DNA from: an uncultured Lachnospiraceae bacterium
GTDB lineage: Bacteria > Bacillota > Clostridia > Lachnospirales > Lachnospiraceae
DNA length: 64,000 nucleotides
Direction of reading: 5' to 3'
NCBI GenBank assembly: GCA_947644545.1
Contig: CANRZW010000018.1
Coordinates: 1,266 to 65,265, forward strand
Positions within the stretch are counted from its first letter, which is position 1. Each line of letters opens with the position of its first letter. Of this stretch, positions 46,518 to 54,169 are shown piece by piece. Position numbers and translations under genes: made by a program. A model generated the notes under the pieces. It was not told where the DNA came from, ran no database searches, and saw nothing but the letters and a program-made list of their open reading frames with translations.

Positions 46518-47723
46518 CTACTTAGAGTCTTCAAACTGAGATGCCATTGTGTATTTAAGTGATATCAAGGAAGTTAGTAGTAGCAAACATCCCAATACAA
46601 AAAATATTTTGTTAAGACTAACATACTCTCCAAGATAACCTACAATAATAATTCCTATAGGTCCTGATGCATAAGAAACACAACGAAATGCACTAAAAAC
46701 TCTTCCCATCATTTCTTTCGGAGTATTTATCTGCAATAAGACACCATTCATGATTGAAACAAAGCCATTTGAAATCCCATATAAAAAACCTGCTACGACA
46801 GAGAACATAATATTATGGTGAAATAGCAGTAATGCAACACCAACTCCACCAAAAGCAAATCCCATTGCCAAAAGTAAATTCATAGCTATCTTATCTTTTA
46901 GCTTTGTAAGAAGCCAAGTCCCAATTATCCCACCAATTGCTATTACTGCCATAAACACAGAATAAACATATTTATCTGCAAAGAAATTTGTAAAGTAAGC
47001 TACTGACAGAGAATCAACTGGAGAAGCAAAAAAATTTCCTAAAAAAGTTACAACCATAATGGCAGCTATTATTTTACTTGTAAAGATGAAGTGGAATCCT
47101 TCTTTCACTGTCTTAGAGAAATTCATTTTTTTTCTACTTCGTTCAAATGTCTCCGAATACTTTATAAAAAGCATTAAAAAACCTGCCACAAAAAATGTAA
47201 AAATGTCAATGATTATAGCACCGGAAATACCAATAGCAGTTATTAATGCACCAGAACCAACATAGGAAAATATTTGGATAAATTGCTGAAACATGCTATG
47301 AGATGCCCTTGCCACAATTGCATCATCATCAAAAATAAGCAATGGTAAAAGAGCGTTTTGGGCTGGTATGCTTAATGTACTAAATATTGTCTGGGCAGTA
47401 ACAAATATAATCAGTATCGGTATCGAAATATGCCCTCCTAAGTATATCAGAAGCAATATTGACAACAAAATACCCTGTCCAAATGATGTAATGATCAAAA
47501 TGTTTTTCTTATTATTGTAATCAACTATTGAGGATGTAAACATACTCACAAAGGAAAGAATCATTTTGATCGCAAAAACGTAACTGGTGATAAGGGTCGA
47601 TTCACTTACCGTATAAATAAGCATGGCAAAAGCAATATCGTCAACATAGTCACCAATTGCGTTAATGCAAGATGCTTTCCAGAAAATCCGAAAATTTCTA
47701 TTTTTCTTTAAAAGATTAATCAT
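46518..47723 (-). CDS. MFS transporter, MFS_3 (EntS/secretion-effector-like) type
   Basis: ATG at 47723 lies 7 nt after ggag. About 12 TM helices. N-terminus is NRNFRIFWKASCINAIGDYVDDIAFAMLIY. The codon usage is very A+T-rich. Confidence 0.85.
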   Translation of the reverse strand: MINLLKKNRNFRIFWKASCINAIGDYVDDIAFAMLIYTVSESTLITSYVFAIKMILSFVSMFTSSIVDYNNKKNILIITSFGQGILLSILLLIYLGGHISIPILIIFVTAQTIFSTLSIPAQNALLPLLIFDDDAIVARASHSMFQQFIQIFSYVGSGALITAIGISGAIIIDIFTFFVAGFLMLFIKYSETFERSRKKMNFSKTVKEGFHFIFTSKIIAAIMVVTFLGNFFASPVDSLSVAYFTNFFADKYVYSVFMAVIAIGGIIGTWLLTKLKDKIAMNLLLAMGFAFGGVGVALLLFHHNIMFSVVAGFLYGISNGFVSIMNGVLLQINTPKEMMGRVFSAFRCVSYASGPIGIIIVGYLGEYVSLNKIFFVLGCLLLLTSLISLKYTMASQFEDSK

Positions 47724-47844
47724 ATAAATACTCCATTCTTGCAAAAAAAGCGCAGACGAACAAACAATCAAAGAAGAGTTACATCCATCATGTCCACATG
47801 AAGCTATCCGGTCGTAATAAAGTTACTTCCGGATAGAACATCTG

Positions 47845-48873
47845 TTAACCTATATTTTTCTTTATCTTTTCTGTTATTCCATCATAGAGGCCATTATTTA
47901 TAGCTTTTTTCATAGAACAGTAATCTTTCAAATGATTTTTCCCTGTAAGATTATTATTTTCTCCATCAAAAAACCATAACCACTTAATTATTTTACAATC
48001 TTCATACCAGTCACATTCCATATTAGGACAGTCATACTTTTTATAACTTTTTCCTAATTTTTCAAATAACACCGGCGCGATTTCTTCAACATTTGATTGA
48101 TTGATTCCTATAGTATTTTCAATGTCAAGTTCGTTAAGATAATTCTTTTCTCCGCTTGCATATAATTCAGGTGAAATATATGGAAAAATCCTTATTGGAG
48201 ACACACCATAGTATTCCTTTGCTATATTCTTAACATTTTCATACAATGACTTAAGCTGATCTTCTGTAGGCGATTGAAAAGCATGGAAGGTTAATTCTGA
48301 AATAACTGGTAACATTTCAATTTTGCTATAAAAATAATCGCATATTTCTTTGAGTTTATGAAAGTATTCATTTTTGACTACTACTACAGCTGGTAATACT
48401 CTTACGTCATTATTATCAAGTGCTGCAATTTTATTGAGTGTTTCATTTGTACTTGGAACCCCCTCAGATTCATCAAAAGGATTTTCAACTGATACTAAAA
48501 AGGCTGAAATATTAGCTTTTTTAGCTTTTTCAATGATTTCGTTGTTAAGTGCCTTTCCGTTTGTTAAAACGTATGGTTTTAAACCTGTCTTAGAATGTAA
48601 ATAATTACTATAATCAAATAACTTGTCACCTATAACAAGCGGTTCTCCACCACTAAATCGAACCTGTAGTTTTTTGTGGTATTTTTGTTGAATAATTTTT
48701 ATAAGATGTACATAATTTCTAAATAATTCTTCTGGCATATCAAAATTATATTCTTGTCTGTCACGATATGCGTAATAATGACAGTATGAGCAATAACAAT
48801 TACATCTACCTGTAATAGTGATACTTAATGCCCATATATCTTCCTCTTGTAAAAAACTGTCCATATTTTTCAA
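47845..48873 (-). CDS. Radical SAM enzyme with C-terminal Cys cluster (possible SPASM/twitch-like auxiliary cluster); candidate peptide maturase
   Basis: ITGRCNCYCSYCHYY contains CX3CX2C. The GGEPL motif is present (FSGGEPLVIG). The C-terminal cluster is CPNMECDWYEDC ... C. TTG at 48873 or ATG at 48864. Confidence 0.85.
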   Translation of the reverse strand: MKNMDSFLQEEDIWALSITITGRCNCYCSYCHYYAYRDRQEYNFDMPEELFRNYVHLIKIIQQKYHKKLQVRFSGGEPLVIGDKLFDYSNYLHSKTGLKPYVLTNGKALNNEIIEKAKKANISAFLVSVENPFDESEGVPSTNETLNKIAALDNNDVRVLPAVVVVKNEYFHKLKEICDYFYSKIEMLPVISELTFHAFQSPTEDQLKSLYENVKNIAKEYYGVSPIRIFPYISPELYASGEKNYLNELDIENTIGINQSNVEEIAPVLFEKLGKSYKKYDCPNMECDWYEDCKIIKWLWFFDGENNNLTGKNHLKDYCSMKKAINNGLYDGITEKIKKNIG

Positions 48874-49112
48874 TTTTGATGTTTTGAAAACATCTGTATT
48901 CCTTTCTTTTTTTGTATTTTAGGCGTTTATGAAATGCTAGCTTTCGTAGAAATGTAGGTTTCCTTTGGATACAGAATAAAACAAATTATCACTGACCTAT
49001 GGTAAATTCGAAATATTAAAAACCAATAAACTAATATCTATCAGTAATGAGCTGTTTTTATATGGTACATACCACTCATTTTCTTTAACAGATGCTTTAG
49101 CCAATTGTCAAA

Positions 49113-49150
49113 GAAGCATCATAAGATGCAAGGCATCTTATGATGACTTC
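49113..49150 (-). other. Long hairpin between the small ORF and the radical SAM gene
   Basis: Plus strand reads gaag-catcataagatgc-aag-gcatcttatgatg-a-cttc, giving 17 paired positions with one bulge. Confidence 0.7.
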
Positions 49151-49205
49151 GTTCAATCTTTTTCTAAATACATGAATTCATACATATTAAAGGTTATAGC
49201 TATAA

Positions 49206-49295
49206 TTAAACTGTAACCTTCAAATCAAAAGAATATGCCATATATACCCGGCTATCCTGCTTTTTCATATAATTCTTTAAAAGCTGTGATTTCAT
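49206..49295 (-). CDS. Candidate 29-aa peptide ORF (MKSQLLKNYMKKQDSRVYMAYSFDLKVTV) upstream of the radical SAM gene
   Basis: GGGAGGTG lies 7 nt before the ATG. However, the ATG overlaps a near-consensus -10 box (see the next feature), so translation is uncertain. Confidence 0.3.
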   Translation of the reverse strand: MKSQLLKNYMKKQDSRVYMAYSFDLKVTV

Positions 49296-49322
49296 TATAC
49301 CGCACCTCCCTTCTTATGCCAA
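49294..49322 (-). promoter_or_regulatory. Near-consensus sigma-A promoter reading toward the radical SAM/MFS genes
   Basis: On the minus strand: TTGGCA (49322-49317), 17-nt spacer, TATAAT (49299-49294). Confidence 0.5.
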
Positions 49323-49370
49323 GGAATGTTTCGTTACCGAAGCCCCTTAACGATTGACGCGTCTTTGGCA

Positions 49371-49401
49371 TATTGACATCAAACTACATTTGATGTCAAT
49401 A
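49371..49401. promoter_or_regulatory. Perfect 13-5-13 inverted repeat (candidate operator)
   Basis: TATTGACATCAAA-ctaca-TTTGATGTCAATA read directly. It is the largest perfect palindrome I found in the window. Confidence 0.6.
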
Positions 49402-49745
49402 GTTTTGATTATTTTTTTAGTCGACATTAGAACTCGTGAAATTCTTATTTATCAAATTGTTCCTTTGTTCACTGAGGGCGTCTTCAGTTTCGCTTAATAT
49501 CCTTCTGAAAAGATGGAAAGATGAACTTTTTCACAAGGAAATATAGTCATTTTCAATATATTTTATAAATTTTTTATAAGATTATCGGATATGTTTTATT
49601 CCTTACAGCAGAAAATATGATATATTAGTTATGTATAAAAGCTTTTCTAATTTTATAGAGTTTGTTTTATATCGGGACAGAAAGGATCAACGGACTGCCG
49701 TCAGAAGCAGGCGGGAGTACTCTCGAAGAGAAAAGGGGTATTTTT

Positions 49746-51224
49746 GTGAAGTTTAAAACAAGACTTATGGTCACATCGGTTGTCATCGTGTTGCTGCCGC
49801 TGATGCTGACGTGTGCCGCCTTTCTTCTGGTGGGAAGCCATATCGAGGATGCAGAAGGGGAATTGGGGCTTTTGGATATGAATAAGGTTCCTTTTACCTA
49901 TACGATCGAGAATTACAGCCGGATTTCGGAGGATCTTCTGAATGAGGTGAAGAAACAGATCGCCAGCGATTCTGTCAGACTCGAGGATAAAAAATATCTC
50001 GAAGAGATCAGCGCACATCTGAACAGCAAATTTTCCTATATTATTGTAAGAAAAGAGGGCGGCATCTATTATACGAGTAATCTCAATGCCGCAAAGAAGA
50101 TTTTTGACACGCTTCCTGAATATGGGTTTGAGATGCCGGATATGGAGACAGGCTATTATTATAATGACATGAAGAAACTGGTCAAGCAGGCTGATTTTAC
50201 TTTTGCGGACGGAGACAGGGGCAGTTTCTTTATCGTGTCGGGGGTAAGTTCTCTGATTTCCAAGAAGGTACTGCGGAATATGATCATCGCTTTTATCCTG
50301 GTGCTTGTTTTTACCAGCCTGGTGCTGACGCAGTGGATCCAGAAAGGGATCTTTACGCCGATCAACCAGCTGGATATCGCGATGCAGAATATCGCGGAAG
50401 GCAATCTGGAATATATGCTGACGACGGAGGAGAAGGGCGAGATCGGGGAGCTTTACCGCAACTATGAAGACATGCGGCTGCGCTTGAAGGAATCGACGGA
50501 CGAGAAGTTCGAGCATGAACAGAAGAACAAGGAGCTTGTCAGCAATATCTCCCATGACTTGAAGACGCCGATCACGGCGATCAAGGGTTACGTGGAGGGT
50601 ATCATGGACGGCGTGGCGGATACGCCGGAGAAGATGAACAAATATATCAGGACGATCTATGATAAGGCGAATGACATGGATCGGCTGATCAACGAGCTGA
50701 CAACGTACTCCGGTATTGACAATAACAGGATCCCGTATACGTTCCGCAGGATCAATGTGGCGGATTATTTCGGGGACTGTGTGGAGGAAGTGGGCCTGGA
50801 TCTGGAATCCAAGAGCATCCAGCTCAATTATGACGATCTGGTGGAGCCGTCCACGCAGATCATAGCGGATCCGGAGCAGCTTAAGCGGGTCATCAATAAT
50901 ATTATCGGCAACAGTGTGAAGTATATGGATAAGGAGCAGGGCGTGATCGATATCCGCATTCTGGATGAGGTGGATTCCATCCGGGTGGAGATAGAGGACA
51001 ACGGTATGGGGATCGCTGCCAAAGACCTGCCAAACGTGTTTGAGCGTTTTTACCGAACGGACGCTTCCCGCAATTCATCCAAAGGAGGAAGCGGCATAGG
51101 CTTATCCATCGTGAAGAAGATCATAGAGGATCACGGCGGGTATATCTGGGCAACCAGCAAGGAGAAGGAAGGCACATGTATGCATTTCGTGATCCGAAAG
51201 TACCAGGCGCCGCCTGAGAATTAA
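49746..51224 (+). CDS. Sensor histidine kinase (2 TM, HAMP, HisKA, HATPase)
   Basis: GTG at 49746 lies 7 nt after aagggg. H-box ELVSNISHDLKTPITAIKGYVEG, N-box VINNIIGNSVKY, then DNGMGI and GSGIGLSIV. Confidence 0.9.
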   Translation: MKFKTRLMVTSVVIVLLPLMLTCAAFLLVGSHIEDAEGELGLLDMNKVPFTYTIENYSRISEDLLNEVKKQIASDSVRLEDKKYLEEISAHLNSKFSYIIVRKEGGIYYTSNLNAAKKIFDTLPEYGFEMPDMETGYYYNDMKKLVKQADFTFADGDRGSFFIVSGVSSLISKKVLRNMIIAFILVLVFTSLVLTQWIQKGIFTPINQLDIAMQNIAEGNLEYMLTTEEKGEIGELYRNYEDMRLRLKESTDEKFEHEQKNKELVSNISHDLKTPITAIKGYVEGIMDGVADTPEKMNKYIRTIYDKANDMDRLINELTTYSGIDNNRIPYTFRRINVADYFGDCVEEVGLDLESKSIQLNYDDLVEPSTQIIADPEQLKRVINNIIGNSVKYMDKEQGVIDIRILDEVDSIRVEIEDNGMGIAAKDLPNVFERFYRTDASRNSSKGGSGIGLSIVKKIIEDHGGYIWATSKEKEGTCMHFVIRKYQAPPEN

Positions 51225-51248
51225 GGAATAAAAAGCAAGTGAGAAAGG

Positions 51249-51947
51249 ATGAAGGTCATGAGTAAAATTTTAATCGTGGAAGACGAAGAGGCGATCGCGG
51301 ATCTGGAGAAAGATTACCTGGAACTTAGTGATTTCGAGGTTACGATCGAGAATACCGGGGATAAAGGACTGGAAACGGCAATGGCCGGGGACTTTGATCT
51401 GGTGATTCTGGATCTGATGCTGCCAGGCATGGATGGGTTCGAGGTGTGTAAGAAGATCCGCGAGGAGAAGAATATACCGATCATCATGGTATCTGCCAAG
51501 AAAGACGATATTGATAAGATCAGGGGGCTGGGTCTTGGCGCCGATGATTATATGACGAAGCCTTTCAGTCCTTCGGAGCTGGTGGCCAGGGTGAAGGCGC
51601 ATATGGCGCGTTATGACAGACTGGTAGGCAGCAGCCAGAAGGTCAATGATATCATAGAGATCAGAGGGCTTAAGATCGACAAGACGGCCAGAAGAGTTTA
51701 TGTGGACGGGGAGGAGCGGATTTTTACGACGAAGGAATTCGACCTGCTGACATTCCTTGCGGAGAACCCCAATCACGTATATTCCAAAGAAGAATTGTTC
51801 CGCGAGATCTGGGATATGGATTCCATCGGGGATATTGCCACAGTCACGGTGCATATTAAGAAGATCCGGGAAAAGATCGAATTCGAAACCGCCAAACCGC
51901 AGTATATCGAGACAATCTGGGGTGTCGGGTACCGGTTTAAGGTATAG
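51249..51947 (+). CDS. OmpR/PhoB-family response regulator
   Basis: ILIVEDEE, DLVILDLMLPGMDG, TKEFDLLTFLAENP, and VWGVGYRF. An alternative start ATG at 51258 is possible. Confidence 0.93.
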   Translation: MKVMSKILIVEDEEAIADLEKDYLELSDFEVTIENTGDKGLETAMAGDFDLVILDLMLPGMDGFEVCKKIREEKNIPIIMVSAKKDDIDKIRGLGLGADDYMTKPFSPSELVARVKAHMARYDRLVGSSQKVNDIIEIRGLKIDKTARRVYVDGEERIFTTKEFDLLTFLAENPNHVYSKEELFREIWDMDSIGDIATVTVHIKKIREKIEFETAKPQYIETIWGVGYRFKV

Positions 51948-52015
51948 AGAGACTAAGCTCTGAAATATCAGCCGGAAAGGCATAAAATATTCGGAAGCAG
52001 GAAAGCAGAGATCAT

Positions 52016-52870
52016 ATGAATCAGAAAAGGATTCTGTACGAGGATCAGGATATCATAGTGTGCCACAAGGCGGCCGGAATTGCCACGCAGACTGCCAGGG
52101 TCGGACAGGCGGACATGGTGAGCGAAGTCAGGAATTATCTGTCTCGTTCCGGAGGGGGCGGGATGCCGTATGTTGGCGTCGTTCATCGCCTGGATCAGCC
52201 GGTGGAGGGGATTCTTGTATTTGCTAAGAATAAAAAGGCCGCCGCCGGGTTGAGCCGTCAGATCACCGAAGAGCAGACGGAGAAATATTATTATGCGGTT
52301 GTCTGTGGCCATAGCTTTGCCAGGCAGGGAGATCTGGAGGACTATTTATGGAAGGATGGCAGGACAAATACTTCTTCGGTGGCGCCTCCCGAGATAAAGG
52401 ATGCGAAACGTGCGTTTCTTCATTACGAGATCATAGCACAGAGAGAACCGGAGGCATTCACGGGGATGGAAGGATACGGAATGTATCAGGGAAATGAGGA
52501 CACTGGCGGTGAGTCGGAGCGTGTGGAAACCGTCGTCGGGGGCTGTAAGCTTGCGCTTGCCAGGATTCGGCTGTATACCGGCAGGCACCATCAGATCCGT
52601 GTGCAGATGAGCAATGCGGGCATGAGCCTTTTGGGGGACTATAAATATGCCGATGAAGAGGCGGTCGCGATCTCGAAGCAGATGCACGTCAAAGAAGCGG
52701 CCCTGTGTGCGTATCGGCTTTCGTTCCTTCATCCAGGGACCGGCAGACGAATGGAGTTCCGGATCAGACCGGAAGGAAAGTGTTTCCGGATTGCGGAATT
52801 TTGGGAAACATTTGACAGGCTCGACGGGACAGAAGAAGTTAATATCGAAAGCGGCGGATTCGTGGTATAA
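52016..52870 (+). CDS. RluA-family pseudouridine synthase
   Basis: ILYEDQDIIVCHKAAGI, catalytic-Asp context VVHRLDQPVEGILVFAKN, and later GRHHQIRVQM. Confidence 0.75.
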   Translation: MNQKRILYEDQDIIVCHKAAGIATQTARVGQADMVSEVRNYLSRSGGGGMPYVGVVHRLDQPVEGILVFAKNKKAAAGLSRQITEEQTEKYYYAVVCGHSFARQGDLEDYLWKDGRTNTSSVAPPEIKDAKRAFLHYEIIAQREPEAFTGMEGYGMYQGNEDTGGESERVETVVGGCKLALARIRLYTGRHHQIRVQMSNAGMSLLGDYKYADEEAVAISKQMHVKEAALCAYRLSFLHPGTGRRMEFRIRPEGKCFRIAEFWETFDRLDGTEEVNIESGGFVV

Positions 52871-52912
52871 TGATTGCGAAATGAAACATAATAAAAGAAA
52901 GATACGAGACTA

Positions 52913-52945
52913 AGAAGCAGAGATAGAAAATTCTGCTTCTTTTTA
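52913..52945 (+). terminator. Rho-independent terminator after the pseudouridine synthase gene
   Basis: agaagcag-(12 nt)-ctgcttct followed by ttttt. Confidence 0.75.
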
Positions 52946-53012
52946 AATGTTTTGGGCAGAAAGAAACAGATGCTGCTATAAGAAAAATACTGGCAAAGAA
53001 AGGTACATCAGC

Positions 53013-54053
53013 ATGGGAAAGGAAGGAAACGCATTTTGGGAAAATAAACTGATTCGGATGAGCATCATCTGTGTCGGCGTCTGGTTTTTCTTCCGGTATC
53101 TCTTTACGCTGTTGGCGCCTTTCATCCTCGCTTTTCTGCTGATCACCTTGTGCTACCCGCTGCTGGAGCGTATCCAGAAGAGAATTCCTGTCAAAAAGAA
53201 GTTTCTGGCGATCGGCATCATCCTTCCCCTTTTTATATTGGCGGCAGCCTTGTTATGGTTTGTGGTTTTGTTTGGCGGCAGACAGTTAGAAGGGCTTCCG
53301 GCATTCTGCACCCAGGTAGGACAGCAGCTGGAGTTTTTCTTTCGCAGGTGCTGCGGCGGTCTGGACGGGAAATTTGGCTGGGACGGGCAGCAGATCGAGA
53401 CTTATCTGATCGAGCAGATGACGGTCGTTATGGAGAATGTTCAGATACAGGTAGTGCCGCAGATCCTGTCTTCTTCCTATAATTGTTTCAAGGGAATCTT
53501 TGCGGCAGTCGGCTTTCTGGCGATCACGTGCATCGCGGCATTCTTGCTGGAAAAGGAGTATGCGGGGCTGGTGGAACGATTGAAGAGATCGAAGGAACTG
53601 AGTCTGGTCTGGTCCGTAGTGGAAGGTATCCTGTCTTATATCATAACCTTTATCAAGGCGCAGGGGGTAATCCTGTTTATTATCAGTGTTTTGTGCGGCG
53701 CGGTTCTGGGAATCGCGGGTATTCCAGGCGGGGTTTTGCTCGGGCTGCTGGCCGGGTTTCTGGATATGCTGCCTTTTATCGGCACGGGAATCGTGCTGGT
53801 ACCGCTTTCTGTCTGGCAGCTGTTGGGCGGACAGTATGTGCAGATGATGGTATGTCTGGTGCTGTATGGCGTCTGTATCGTGACCAGAGAACTGCTGGAG
53901 CCGAAGTTGATCGGGAAACAGATCGGTATTGCGCCTGTCTTCATGCTGCTTGCTGTATATGCGGGGGTGAAGCTGTTTGGCGTGAGCGGGATCATCAAAG
54001 GGCCGTTAGCGCTGATTGCGATCTATGAGATATGGAAGAAAGACTGCGGTTAA
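53013..54053 (+). CDS. AI-2E family transporter (PerM/YtvI-like)
   Basis: ATG at 53013. Polytopic membrane protein. C-terminal LDMLPFIGTGIVLVP...EPKLIGKQIGIAPVFMLLAVYAG is typical of the family. Confidence 0.75.
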   Translation: MGKEGNAFWENKLIRMSIICVGVWFFFRYLFTLLAPFILAFLLITLCYPLLERIQKRIPVKKKFLAIGIILPLFILAAALLWFVVLFGGRQLEGLPAFCTQVGQQLEFFFRRCCGGLDGKFGWDGQQIETYLIEQMTVVMENVQIQVVPQILSSSYNCFKGIFAAVGFLAITCIAAFLLEKEYAGLVERLKRSKELSLVWSVVEGILSYIITFIKAQGVILFIISVLCGAVLGIAGIPGGVLLGLLAGFLDMLPFIGTGIVLVPLSVWQLLGGQYVQMMVCLVLYGVCIVTRELLEPKLIGKQIGIAPVFMLLAVYAGVKLFGVSGIIKGPLALIAIYEIWKKDCG

Positions 54054-54169
54054 CGACAGAAGTTTGACGAATCGGAAACGTTGGATTATGATAGGATAAA
54101 TGGTCGGAAAATACAGGTATCGTTTATTGTGGTTATGAGCCGATGTCTTAAACGGAATGTCAGTGAAAT

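Noticed and set aside
46293-46562. A plus-strand ORF crosses the perR/MFS gap. Its ATG-initiated 49-aa version (46412-46561) ends ...KLRCHCVFK and could look like a Cys-containing RiPP precursor.
   Set aside because: It has no SD. It starts inside the perR promoter, is antisense to the MFS 3' end for its last about 45 nt, and is on the opposite strand from the radical SAM gene. It remains a remote possibility only.
49252-49371. A 39-codon ORF (MPKTRQSLRGFGNETFLGIRREVRYNEITAFKELYEKAG) overlaps the 29-codon ORF in another frame.
   Set aside because: Its ATG sits directly on the palindrome arm with no SD, and the promoter and SD signals favour the other frame. I kept it only as an alternative to test by Ribo-seq.
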